From a virus (Duplodnaviria; Caudoviricetes): a stretch of 64,000 bases of DNA. The DNA is taken from the IMG/VR virus record IMGVR_UViG_3300034053_000029, positions 128,001 to 192,000 of that record; one strand, written 5' to 3'. Positions 54,671 through 64,000 of this stretch are shown piece by piece (positions within the stretch are counted from its first letter, which is position 1; each line of letters begins with the position of its first letter). A model generated the notes under the pieces. That model was given only the letters and a program-made list of their open reading frames with translations. It ran no database searches and was not told the DNA's origin. The position numbers were made by a program, and so were the translations under genes.

Positions 54671-56574
54671 TATGCCATTAACTTTCTAAACGTGAATGTG
54701 TAGGTTTGTGTCGATCTTGTGGCATTAGCAGATAGTTGAATCTTAGGAGCAGCACTTGATACTCTTAGTATTCTTGCATATACGACACCTGCTTCGTTAC
54801 CATCACTATACTTAGTTAATGGAATCTCAGTATATTCGTCACCTAACGTAGCTACACCATTACCAGAGTACCAAGGCATAACTCCCATGTACCATTCATT
54901 CGATGCTGCCACTTGCAACTTGAATACATACAAACCATTTGTCGTTAGTTGAGTTGTTCCAGAGATACCAGAATCAGTCCATGTTGTTTGATTAAGAATA
55001 ATCGATCCAGAAGTAAACGCAACGGTCTGATCTACGTTATTACCTGCAGACATGGATAAGCCACTATGTTGCAAGAATCCACCACAATCTACCGTAGAGG
55101 TAGCAGAACCAATATTAATCGTTCCTGTAGATGACGTAGCAATATTGACCGTACTTGTTGACGTTGCAAATATGTTTACAGCATTACCAACTGTGGTTGC
55201 AACTAACGTTGGAGTTCCGCTTATAGTTAGATCGCCACCTGAGATAGTTACGTCTGCAGAGAATGTTGCATTATTTGATGCATCCAAAGACAAACCACCA
55301 TCTGCAGCAGCATTACTAACGAAGTTCGATCCAATAGCTAGATTTGAGGAACTTCCTGTTAGAGTGATACCTGCAGATACATCCATATCATCTATGGATA
55401 AACCTTTACCTGCTCCTGCATTTGTTACGGTGATTGCAGGACTTGCCGAGTTTACCGTATATGTATTCGTGTTAGTAAATGTTTGTGATGTTCCCAATCC
55501 GGCAACGGTTGTCGTTGCTGCAGGAAACGTAAAGGTTTGTCCATCTGCACCTGCTGCTAACGTGATCGTATTGCTTGATGCTAAGGTCTTGCCATCTGTA
55601 ATGGTTAGAGTTGATCCGGTTGCAGGTTGAGTAATGGTAACTTTATTGATCGTTGAGCCAACATGCAATGCGCCAGAAATACCCACACCACCGGTTACAA
55701 CTAACGTACCCGTAGTAGTCGTTGTAGATGCCGTTCCTGCGGTGAATGTCGTAGCACCATTAGATGCTAACGTAGTAAATGCTCCAGAACCTCTAACGCT
55801 TACACCGATATTCGTGCCATCAACGGTTCCACCATTAATATCTACTGTGGTTACGGCACCTAGATTTGACCATGTTGCACTTGCAGCACTATTTGCCGCA
55901 CCAGATAAAGTTAAATTACCAGTTACACCTAAAGTTCCTGCAACTAAAGTATTTCCAGAAGTATCTACACTGAATTTACTGACAGCAGACGAATCCTTCA
56001 AATTCAAAATGGTTGCGATAGAAGAATCGAATGCCTTAACATTCAATGCGGTAGTTTGAGTAACTGCTTCACCAATTGACAACAATCTTTCAGTAGTTAC
56101 TTCTCCACCGATAAGAGCAGCACCTGTTCCTGCACCACCAGACGAAGCATGAGTTATGTCAAATGTGTTTGTTGCAGCATTAGAAACGGTATAGAGTGCG
56201 GTTGGTGGCTTATTTGTGCCAGTTGAGAAATATATGGTAACTGCATTACCGTTAACCAAACCATGATTATTATAGGTGATGGTGGTAGTCGTACCATTTC
56301 CAGACCATGTAGCTGCAACACCAACCTTCAAGTTACCAACTGCAGTAACGTTTGCAGGAAGAGTTCCTGTGGTGGAAATTAATATCGTATTTGATGTCGG
56401 ATTGGTAATTGTAATACCTGCGCCAGAGGAAATGGTTTTCCACTCTGCTGCTGTATTTCCTGCGTTATTACCGATTACTTGTTGGGCACTTCCTGCTGAC
56501 CCCGATAACTTAATCTTTGAATTAGCTACATCAAGACCGTTCTTTACGACGAATTCTTTTTCTTGTAATGCCAT
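54670..56574 (-). CDS. Long tail fibre-like protein
   Basis: KEFVVKNGL, STTTTTGTL.VTGG.G..G.LHVG.TINK, DINGGT.DGT.IG repeats. Confidence 0.78.
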   Translation of the reverse strand: MALQEKEFVVKNGLDVANSKIKLSGSAGSAQQVIGNNAGNTAAEWKTISSGAGITITNPTSNTILISTTGTLPANVTAVGNLKVGVAATWSGNGTTTTITYNNHGLVNGNAVTIYFSTGTNKPPTALYTVSNAATNTFDITHASSGGAGTGAALIGGEVTTERLLSIGEAVTQTTALNVKAFDSSIATILNLKDSSAVSKFSVDTSGNTLVAGTLGVTGNLTLSGAANSAASATWSNLGAVTTVDINGGTVDGTNIGVSVRGSGAFTTLASNGATTFTAGTASTTTTTGTLVVTGGVGISGALHVGSTINKVTITQPATGSTLTITDGKTLASSNTITLAAGADGQTFTFPAATTTVAGLGTSQTFTNTNTYTVNSASPAITVTNAGAGKGLSIDDMDVSAGITLTGSSSNLAIGSNFVSNAAADGGLSLDASNNATFSADVTISGGDLTISGTPTLVATTVGNAVNIFATSTSTVNIATSSTGTINIGSATSTVDCGGFLQHSGLSMSAGNNVDQTVAFTSGSIILNQTTWTDSGISGTTQLTTNGLYVFKLQVAASNEWYMGVMPWYSGNGVATLGDEYTEIPLTKYSDGNEAGVVYARILRVSSAAPKIQLSANATRSTQTYTFTFRKLMA

Positions 56575-56605
56575 AGGTTCACTCTCCCCTATTTAATTGT
56601 TATAA

Positions 56606-58582
56606 TTACACTTTTATCAACGTCGCATGTATCTTGTAAACGGTCGAAGTTGCCAATGTCTGATTAATATTTATCCTCCAATCATTGGATACGATAGCGG
56701 TATCAATAGCTCCTGGTGCAGTTCCAAGTGATCCGAATTCAGTTTCAAACGTATCCGTACCATCATGACTCATCAATAACTTAGTTACATGGTATGTTGT
56801 GCCCTGAGTCGATTGGATAATGACCTCGGCAGAACGATAAACAGTTTTATCTAATGTGACTAACGTAGAAACTCCACTTGCAGAAATTGTGGCAGTTGTC
56901 GTTAATGTATCTGCAATAACACCAAAGCTAAGATTGGTATTCAACGTCATCGTTGGAGTATTACCTGCCGTCAAGGTAATCATATCCACATAAGTTGTGC
57001 CATCTACGTCATATGCTTGCAATTTCAAGGTGTTACCGGAACCAGTTCCAGTTTTCAAAGGCGCACCATTAGCAAACAATATTCCATCTGAATTTACGGT
57101 AGCATTAATATCTAATACATCACCGACAGCATTACCCAAAGTGACATTACCGTTTGCCGTGAATGATGATCCATCAGCAACTGTAGTATTACCGTTTAAT
57201 GATACTGCGCCAGTTCCTGTAGCAAACGTTCCTGATCCATTTTGAGTAAATGTATAGTTAGCAGGAATGGTTACGTTGCCGTTGACTGTTGTTGTACCGT
57301 ATAGTGATACTGATCCAGTAGCACCACCAGTCGATGACCCTAATGTAATGTTAGTGATGCTACCAGAAGCGCCACCAGAACCTAAAGTTACTGTTTTTGT
57401 TACCCCAGTGGTAGTGAGTGCACTAGCAATATTGGTTGTTTGGGTACTTGTTGCAGTATTTCCGATGTTAAAGGTTGCAGATGATGTTGTTATGTCTCCA
57501 CCATTAACCGCTAGGTCTAATGTGACAACTGCATTATTGTTGATCGTGGTGTTTCCAGAACCTGCACTAATTGAAGTGGTTGTAGAAGCACCTGCAAAGT
57601 TGACCGTAGTAGCATTCGTATTAATCAAATTGAATGTTGTTTCGGTGGTTGTCAAATCAAATTGGGTATCACCAGAATCAGTTAGAGTCAATGAACCACC
57701 ATTTATCGTGGTCATGCCATGAATCGTGGTGGTATCTGCAAGAGTTGTGTTTAGAACCACATCACCAACCAAATTTTGAGTTCCTGCTGCTGATCCAATG
57801 TTGGTTGTCGTAGCGGCACCAGAAATATTCACGATTCCGGTTGATGTATTGAAAACGGAAGCAGTATTGGCAACGTTTGTTGCTACAATATTAGGAGTAC
57901 CACCAACGGAAACATCTCCACCAGTAACCGTCAAATCACCATCTAGAGATACGGTTGCATTCTTAATATTCAAATCACCTGTAGCAGCACCGATATTGAT
58001 ATCTGTGCCTGCACCAAATGCATTTACCGTAGTAGCATTCGTATTAATCAAATTGAATGTTGTTTCGTTTGTTCCTAATATACCAGTCGTACTTGCCGCT
58101 GCATTACCATCAACTATTAGATCACCACGAATAGTATCACCATGACGGTCAACTTTTCCCATTTCAAGGTCATTGATATGGGACATCACAGTTTTAGTGA
58201 AAGTGAATATGCAGTTTGTATAAGTTGTCGAGAATGAATTCGATAAAGTTAGTACGACATTCCCTGCCGAATATGTAATTGCATTAATAACGGTTCCTAC
58301 AGGAAGAACCTCAACGCTCGATACGGTTGCACTAACATTCATCCCTGGTCTTAGTTTTCTCCCATTCGAAGTATCCGTAATGGTTACGGTAGCACCAGAT
58401 GGTTGTGATGCAATAGTCAAAGATGAAACATCTGCATGGTTAACAAGATATTCTTGATCATTAGGGACATCTGCATTGTTTAATACTTTAACAGATGCGT
58501 CTCCAATAATATCTGTAGTGACATTTACCGTTTGTCTCCAGAAATCGAAGCTATCATCTTGATTTACATATTGTTTTGTCAT
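56606..58582 (-). CDS. Fibre/whisker-like protein
   Basis: V...DSFD.WRQ.VN N-terminus; DL.V.GGDI.T...TFN repeats; C-terminal YRSAE..IQ..QG..YH..KLL..HDG...F.TE(F/Y)G. Confidence 0.78.
   Translation of the reverse strand: MTKQYVNQDDSFDFWRQTVNVTTDIIGDASVKVLNNADVPNDQEYLVNHADVSSLTIASQPSGATVTITDTSNGRKLRPGMNVSATVSSVEVLPVGTVINAITYSAGNVVLTLSNSFSTTYTNCIFTFTKTVMSHINDLEMGKVDRHGDTIRGDLIVDGNAAASTTGILGTNETTFNLINTNATTVNAFGAGTDINIGAATGDLNIKNATVSLDGDLTVTGGDVSVGGTPNIVATNVANTASVFNTSTGIVNISGAATTTNIGSAAGTQNLVGDVVLNTTLADTTTIHGMTTINGGSLTLTDSGDTQFDLTTTETTFNLINTNATTVNFAGASTTTSISAGSGNTTINNNAVVTLDLAVNGGDITTSSATFNIGNTATSTQTTNIASALTTTGVTKTVTLGSGGASGSITNITLGSSTGGATGSVSLYGTTTVNGNVTIPANYTFTQNGSGTFATGTGAVSLNGNTTVADGSSFTANGNVTLGNAVGDVLDINATVNSDGILFANGAPLKTGTGSGNTLKLQAYDVDGTTYVDMITLTAGNTPTMTLNTNLSFGVIADTLTTTATISASGVSTLVTLDKTVYRSAEVIIQSTQGTTYHVTKLLMSHDGTDTFETEFGSLGTAPGAIDTAIVSNDWRININQTLATSTVYKIHATLIKV
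57603..58067. repeat. Perfect 42-bp direct repeat (57603-57644 and 58026-58067)
   Basis: accgtagtagcattcgtattaatcaaattgaatgttgtttcg occurs twice; encodes ETTFNLINTNATTV. Confidence 0.9.
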
Positions 58583-58585
58583 TTA

Positions 58586-58813
58586 CTAACCTTTTTGCAG
58601 AAGTAGTTGAAGCATTTCTTTAATCGAGCTTATGTCATCTTTCATATTATTTATTTGATCCTTCATACGATTGATTTCATTATCTTTTGCCTCAAGCTCC
58701 ATTCGTCTTTTCTTGTATGCATTCACGGTAGAACGATCATTAGCAAAGAGGAAGGTTCCTTCATTCGTTTTGAATAAACCTTCGACCTCTGTTTTCTCAA
58801 TCTTATTCATCAT
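58586..58813 (-). CDS. Small coiled-coil protein typically following the VrlC-like gene
   Basis: KTEVEGLFK...G......D......YK.RR...K..EI..MK.DISSIKEMLQLLLQK. Confidence 0.72.
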   Translation of the reverse strand: MMNKIEKTEVEGLFKTNEGTFLFANDRSTVNAYKKRRMELEAKDNEINRMKDQINNMKDDISSIKEMLQLLLQKG

Positions 58814-61800
58814 GCTAGAGCAATAACTCTCAAATCTTTGAATGATGCATAATTTTGATTCGTGCTAACTGGAACAAACTTAATCTGGAACTTAGTAAAT
58901 TCTGCCAAGTTATTGATCTCTAATCTGTTTTCGTAGAATGTGCGTGAATCATTTGTTGGTACTGTTGTGTAAGTATGCTGATACCATCTTGCATCCCTCA
59001 AATCTTGAGAAGACGTTCTATACCACAATTCAAGATCAGTTCCTGTTGGAGTTGACATTGCAACCGTGATATGGAGTGATGATGAAGTCTCTGCCAATTC
59101 AATTTCACGAGAGATAAACTTGGATTGTGATGTTCCGCCACCAGGGTTTGACTCGCTAATGAACTCCATACCCATTTTGAGAGTGGTTGCAGCAGCAGTT
59201 TCATTCACCAAGTTTGCATCAACATATACCTTACGGGTTTCTACATCCAACCCAATAATATTGCATGATACGTTATTGCTTGATGTTCCTGTAATCTCAA
59301 GTCTTCCGCCGATCATGAAATGGGTGATGGTATTGGTTGAGAGTGGGACAGTGATCGAATCATCACTTGTAGCAAACACACATGACTCACCAGAAAGAAT
59401 CGTAACGAAGTCAGTAGTTCCAGAAACGTTATCCGTATCAGCATGTGTCCTAGCAAGATTTCTAGCCACAGACAATGTTAATGAAGGTAGAAGAACGATT
59501 GGAGAAATCCACTTGTTGTTGGTAGAGCAATGTAATCTGAAGTTATGACCATATTGAGATTGGGTATTTGCTGATGCTGCCCCAACGTCAAACGATGCAT
59601 CTGTATTAAGTTTATGACGTTGAACTTCACCACCCAAGAATGATACAAACTGACCTGTTCCTTGAATGTCTTGGTTCGCAGGAATGGTTGTGTATGCAGA
59701 ATCTAACACATATCCAGTTGTGGCATTATGAGTTACCATCTTAGCAGTAAAGTACAAGTCGGTATCAGGTAGAACCATGGTTCCTGCATTCAACTTGAAC
59801 AAATCAAAGTAACCACCACCAGAAATCCCCCACATATTGCTGCCCCAACGTCTTACGCCACCTGATGATGGTTTTGTTCCAAGAGCATTGATAGTTGCAG
59901 TAACGTCGGTTACGGTAAGAATTCCATTTACCAACTCATAACGATTATTCAAATTGAGTTCGTATGAATTTGGTTTTGCATTCTCTACCTTGAAGTAGTA
60001 ATTATCGATAACTGCCTTGATTGCATGAGTTAATGTATCAGATGACGTATCGGTAACGATGGTCGTTAATCTAACAAATGAGCTACCCTTTACACTTGAG
60101 TAGAATTGGTGGTATGGGTGATACACTTTGATAGTGTTGTTTGTCCCATTAGCACCAAATGCGTTAGTAGGCAATACTCTAAACTCGTCCTGAATTTGTG
60201 TGTAGCTATTTGGAACGAAGGTCGAAGGAGCAGAAATTCCATTATATCCAGGAACTGGATTTGCGCCACCTAATTCGGTTCTTAGTTGAACTGCAGTAGG
60301 CATATCCGTTGGATAATTAACAACGTTAATGATTGCACCCAAGTCAGCATATTGATCTGCAGTCCAAGTCGATGAATTTTGTGACTTGAATAATGATCCG
60401 TCAGCTTGTTGCTCGGTAATCACTTGTCCCAAGTAATTCACGGATATCTTACCCATTTCAGAACACCACACTTCAAAACCATTAGTCGTTGGTGCCATGA
60501 TACGGATTGCATACTCTTCACCTGTTCTTAGAAGAACTGGAGCAGGGAATCTAAACACGGTAGACTGGAATGAGTTTGCTAAGGTTGCCACATAGACATC
60601 TGGATCAACGGAGAACTTGGTTGAAACAGCATGTTCTGCAGCAAGTTCTGGAGCAGGATATCCATTATCTGTTCTAATGATGGAAACGCTAATCTCATGA
60701 CGAGCAGATGGTTTAGTTGCAATGAAGATTTCGATGTTATCTACCATAATGAAATCGGTATTGACAGTATCATTCTTCTTGATTCTAAACGTTTGAGCTA
60801 GAGGATCACCCCATCTCCATTGCCATAATTGAGACACGTTATTCATTGAGAAATTGGCTAGAAGTCTATATGTGAATTTCTCTACATGAATTTCGGTGAT
60901 ACCTGTTCCAGTATAAGTACATTCTGCAGATGAATCAGATGAGACGGTTTCTTCAGCAGCAACTTTAATTGCAGTAGTCTTAGCTGCAGCAACATTTGAA
61001 GAAGTAATCAACTTGGATAATGTTACTTTTCTCTCACCTGTTCTAAACACATCGGGAAGAATCTGAATCAAGAAGTACAAGTTGCCTTGTGAAGTTGATT
61101 TTGGAATATATCTTCCAGAAGTTGTTGACGTTAATGGTGAAGTCCAATCGGTTAACAATTGTTTTTGGGCACCGGTAAACTTCATGAATGGTGAAAGAAC
61201 GGTTGTCGTTCCAGAAGCATTCTCATTTTGGAACTCTACGGTGATTGCAGTATTTTCTGCTAGTGCGTATAACGTGTCCTTATTTGATGACGTTGGGAAG
61301 ATGAACAAATCAACGGTGTTTGTTGCGGTGTGTTCCCATCCAACTAGAATACCATAACAATCTGCACCTGAAGTGAGCTTAACAAGCTGACCATAGAACG
61401 CATTGTCATAATTCATCCCTGTCCAATTAGCAAATGTTCTATGTGATGACCATGACGTAACGGTATTAATAGTCCATTTGTTATCCAAAGTAGATGCAGA
61501 TGATTCTACGTTAGCATTTGATCCATATACCGAAAACTCATCATAGAACTTAAACATTCTGCTAGTAACAAGAGAATCAATCGTCGTTCCTGCGGCAACA
61601 GATGCCCCACTCAAAGTAGAACCAGTGATGGTCACTTTCAATGGACGATGCACTCTGAAACTTCCACCAAATGCCCATGACATATTGTCAAAGTTCACAT
61701 CATGGTGCATGTTTGGCATCAAGTTTCTTGCCACATGAACTAGAGTTCTTGGACGAATTGTGGTATCGGTCTCAGCATGACTAAATGCTCTTGGTTGAAC

Positions 61801-63999
61801 TGAAGCAAGCTCAACGTTAGAAGGACTTAATGAGTTTGTGTTAAGGTTGATTGTAGACGATGTTAATCCCCACCATGCACCATTCCAAGCAGAGTTCCAC
61901 AGATTTGAATCTCCGGTTTGTGTTGATTGCGCCCCCCATTGACCCTGAAACCAACCATTAAACCATGATTGATTGAGTGTTGATGTGCTGAGAGTATTTC
62001 CACCCAATCTTTGATTCAAAGTGTCTGGATTTAATGCAAATGTGTTAATTGCTGAACCGTTGTTCCATGCACTTCTAAAACTTGCTGCTGCTTGCTCGAA
62101 GGTTCCTGTTCTTGCTTGAGCAGATGACACACCAAGACTTCCTGATGTGGTGAATAAGGTCTCACTACGAAGGACGGAGTTTCTCCATGTATCAACTGAT
62201 GGATATACATTCGATCTACCAAAATAATGGAACGCATTGAATGGGTTGACATTAATCTTTGAAGTTAGTTTTGGTTGAGTTGCATCAACAACACCCTTTA
62301 AGTTGAACTTTGACATTGCCGTTGGGCGAAGTGTCATTAGCAAGTTTGGGTACATTGCCATATCAGCAACGGAACCAACGCTATCGGCAATCTCGCTATT
62401 CGTATTAGATATTAGAACTGGATATTCTGTTGTAAATCTACCAGGAATACATGCAGCATATGCAGGATCGACGTTACAACGATAATCTGCCGTGTTTGAT
62501 CCCATGTTGATATGAACATTATTATCATTAAATTCAACGACATAGAATCCATTCTTCAAGCGATCTAGACCATACTTGTCCTTAACATCATACTTTGCAG
62601 TATTCTGCTCAAGTAATGTAAGTTGAACATAATCTTCCACATTAGAAAGTCTTTTTTCCAACTTCTCAATTTCCTTCATCGTGTAATTCTTGTTGCCTAA
62701 CACTTTGTAAGTTACTTCGGTCTCGGCATCATGGGTGTATGGTGCAATATCAAGAGACAATATTGGCATCGAATCACCAACGATGTTTACACTTGGAAGT
62801 TGTGGAAATTCAGCAGGTGTTCCATAGATGTACTCAAGTTGATTTTGTGGCTTCAACACGAGCATGTCTTTTCTTCCAAGGTAGTATGAGAAATCAAATA
62901 CGAATATCTCATTAGTCTGCATGGTATCACCTACCATACTAAACTTACTACCAACAGAGGAATCATTAACACGAATACGGAAGTCGACACAATCTCTTAG
63001 GTTAAGTCGTTTTTTATTCAACTCGATTGTTGGAATCAATGCATATGGAATATCAACGTAGGAATCTACGGTGAAGTAATCTCCAGAGGTATGCTCGAAG
63101 TAATCATACGAAATACGAAGTGGTCCAGTAATAACTGCAGAAGTGTTCTTCAACTTAACTGCACCAAAGTCGTAGAATTCAGGTCTCTGACCGCTATCTA
63201 GATCGAAGTATGAGGTCATATCAGTTGCGGTTGCATCTGCCCACACAACGGCATCTGCTGCCATTGCATGGATAGAATTAACACGAATTACGTCGGCCTT
63301 ACCAAGATTGATCCAATCTTTTCTCTTGTAGTTATTCTTAGCGTACTCAGGAATCCATGTAAGTTGAGTTCCACCAGTTTTATTTGGAGTTGACCATACA
63401 CCATCAGCAAACACATAAACGGTGATCGACTTGAAGTTCTTTTGACGTTCTGCGGCAGCAACATTTGACTTCGTGATCTTTGCATGGATACGATACGTTT
63501 GTGATGCATCTAGAGAAGAATTAGGAACTGTTAGAGTTGATCCATCACCACTAATCCATGCATCTAAAATAACGACAGAAGTTGTTGTGTTATCCTTATA
63601 TAAGAAATGACCAGATGGCATAAACTTCTCACCAGGAGGCAATGTGTGAACTAATCCACCTGCTGCTGTAGAGTTTTGAGTGATTTGTTTGATACAACGA
63701 TATGATGTATTAGTATTACCATTCGCATCAACTGAACGAAGAGTCTTAATATTTGTTTTAGGTAATTGTGAAACGTAAGTGTCAGCACCCTTAGTAAACG
63801 ATACGATGTTCACATATAGGTCTTGATTTGATAATGCTGGTGATGGTGCAGGAGTAACCGACATCTGAACACTTGAAGTAATCGAAGTGACTTTATGAAG
63901 AGTCTTTGTTCTTGTTCCCACAGAAACATAATTTCCAACACGAACTTCAGTTTCAAAGTTTGCCCCATTCTCACCAGTAACCGTAGTGGTTGATGATGA
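58810..63999 (-). CDS. Large VrlC/DUF4815-like virion structural protein; 5' end outside the window
   Basis: Frame is open from the track start (GTG 63921) to the window edge. D.GQRP.FYD, YF.HT.GDYFTVDSY, LRDC.DFR, YTMK.I..LEKR...E.Y..L.LLEQ, D..GL.R.KNGF.V, DPLAQTF, G.LFKSQN.STW...Q..DL. Confidence 0.88.
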   Translation of the reverse strand, partial: SSSTTTVTGENGANFETEVRVGNYVSVGTRTKTLHKVTSITSSVQMSVTPAPSPALSNQDLYVNIVSFTKGADTYVSQLPKTNIKTLRSVDANGNTNTSYRCIKQITQNSTAAGGLVHTLPPGEKFMPSGHFLYKDNTTTSVVILDAWISGDGSTLTVPNSSLDASQTYRIHAKITKSNVAAAERQKNFKSITVYVFADGVWSTPNKTGGTQLTWIPEYAKNNYKRKDWINLGKADVIRVNSIHAMAADAVVWADATATDMTSYFDLDSGQRPEFYDFGAVKLKNTSAVITGPLRISYDYFEHTSGDYFTVDSYVDIPYALIPTIELNKKRLNLRDCVDFRIRVNDSSVGSKFSMVGDTMQTNEIFVFDFSYYLGRKDMLVLKPQNQLEYIYGTPAEFPQLPSVNIVGDSMPILSLDIAPYTHDAETEVTYKVLGNKNYTMKEIEKLEKRLSNVEDYVQLTLLEQNTAKYDVKDKYGLDRLKNGFYVVEFNDNNVHINMGSNTADYRCNVDPAYAACIPGRFTTEYPVLISNTNSEIADSVGSVADMAMYPNLLMTLRPTAMSKFNLKGVVDATQPKLTSKINVNPFNAFHYFGRSNVYPSVDTWRNSVLRSETLFTTSGSLGVSSAQARTGTFEQAAASFRSAWNNGSAINTFALNPDTLNQRLGGNTLSTSTLNQSWFNGWFQGQWGAQSTQTGDSNLWNSAWNGAWWGLTSSTINLNTNSLSPSNVELASVQPRAFSHAETDTTIRPRTLVHVARNLMPNMHHDVNFDNMSWAFGGSFRVHRPLKVTITGSTLSGASVAAGTTIDSLVTSRMFKFYDEFSVYGSNANVESSASTLDNKWTINTVTSWSSHRTFANWTGMNYDNAFYGQLVKLTSGADCYGILVGWEHTATNTVDLFIFPTSSNKDTLYALAENTAITVEFQNENASGTTTVLSPFMKFTGAQKQLLTDWTSPLTSTTSGRYIPKSTSQGNLYFLIQILPDVFRTGERKVTLSKLITSSNVAAAKTTAIKVAAEETVSSDSSAECTYTGTGITEIHVEKFTYRLLANFSMNNVSQLWQWRWGDPLAQTFRIKKNDTVNTDFIMVDNIEIFIATKPSARHEISVSIIRTDNGYPAPELAAEHAVSTKFSVDPDVYVATLANSFQSTVFRFPAPVLLRTGEEYAIRIMAPTTNGFEVWCSEMGKISVNYLGQVITEQQADGSLFKSQNSSTWTADQYADLGAIINVVNYPTDMPTAVQLRTELGGANPVPGYNGISAPSTFVPNSYTQIQDEFRVLPTNAFGANGTNNTIKVYHPYHQFYSSVKGSSFVRLTTIVTDTSSDTLTHAIKAVIDNYYFKVENAKPNSYELNLNNRYELVNGILTVTDVTATINALGTKPSSGGVRRWGSNMWGISGGGYFDLFKLNAGTMVLPDTDLYFTAKMVTHNATTGYVLDSAYTTIPANQDIQGTGQFVSFLGGEVQRHKLNTDASFDVGAASANTQSQYGHNFRLHCSTNNKWISPIVLLPSLTLSVARNLARTHADTDNVSGTTDFVTILSGESCVFATSDDSITVPLSTNTITHFMIGGRLEITGTSSNNVSCNIIGLDVETRKVYVDANLVNETAAATTLKMGMEFISESNPGGGTSQSKFISREIELAETSSSLHITVAMSTPTGTDLELWYRTSSQDLRDARWYQHTYTTVPTNDSRTFYENRLEINNLAEFTKFQIKFVPVSTNQNYASFKDLRVIALA

Positions 64000-64000
64000 A

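Noticed and set aside
56575-56605. Possible late promoter variant (ATTAAATA) with a small palindrome before the 54670 gene
   Set aside because: Departs from the NATAAATA pattern in very AT-rich DNA; too weak to call
47749-58582. Diversity-generating retroelement acting on fibre genes
   Set aside because: No reverse transcriptase in the window. The repeats found are in-frame domain duplications without adenine-restricted differences.
988-63509. Numerous short ORFs in the track that are antisense or out of frame within long genes (e.g. 2149+, 10118+, 11231+, 26477+, 35621+, 36014+, 55052+, 57267+)
   Set aside because: They are shadow frames of well-supported minus-strand genes, show mirror-image composition, and have no RBS or motif support
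1-64000. CRISPR array, tRNA genes or a recoded genetic code
   Set aside because: No regularly spaced repeats or cloverleafs were seen. Genes are full length under the standard code with normal stops.

Overview
This is the virion morphogenesis region of a large, AT-rich T4-superfamily myophage. The host is probably Gram-negative, because the phage encodes signal-peptide and outer-membrane proteins. All credible genes but one lie on the minus strand. In transcription order (high to low coordinates) the window holds four blocks. (1) An approximately 45 kb block of tail/head fibre and virion-appendage genes, starting in a VrlC-like protein that runs off the window edge and including a 2492-aa propeller-repeat protein. 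(2) Embedded in that block, a late-promoter operon (about 42.5-37.2 kb) of cell-envelope proteins: a periplasmic binding-protein homologue, an outer-membrane beta-barrel, membrane/coiled-coil proteins, a permuted papain-like amidase and a signal-peptide HNH nuclease. (3) The core cluster gp13-14-15-[ADP-ribosyltransferase]-16-17-18-19-20-67-X-21-22-23. (4) Seven free-standing homing endonuclease genes (HEGs) of GIY-YIG, HNH and PD-(D/E)XK types. T4-type late promoters (NATAAATA) and a UUCG terminator after gp23 are visible. The most notable observations are the phage-encoded porin/binding-protein envelope operon, a set of His-rich proteins with T4 internal-protein capsid-targeting signals, an HNH insertion that split a gene and left its original N-terminus behind, and RNA hairpins controlling HEG translation. 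All family assignments come from motif recognition by eye; no database searches were run.
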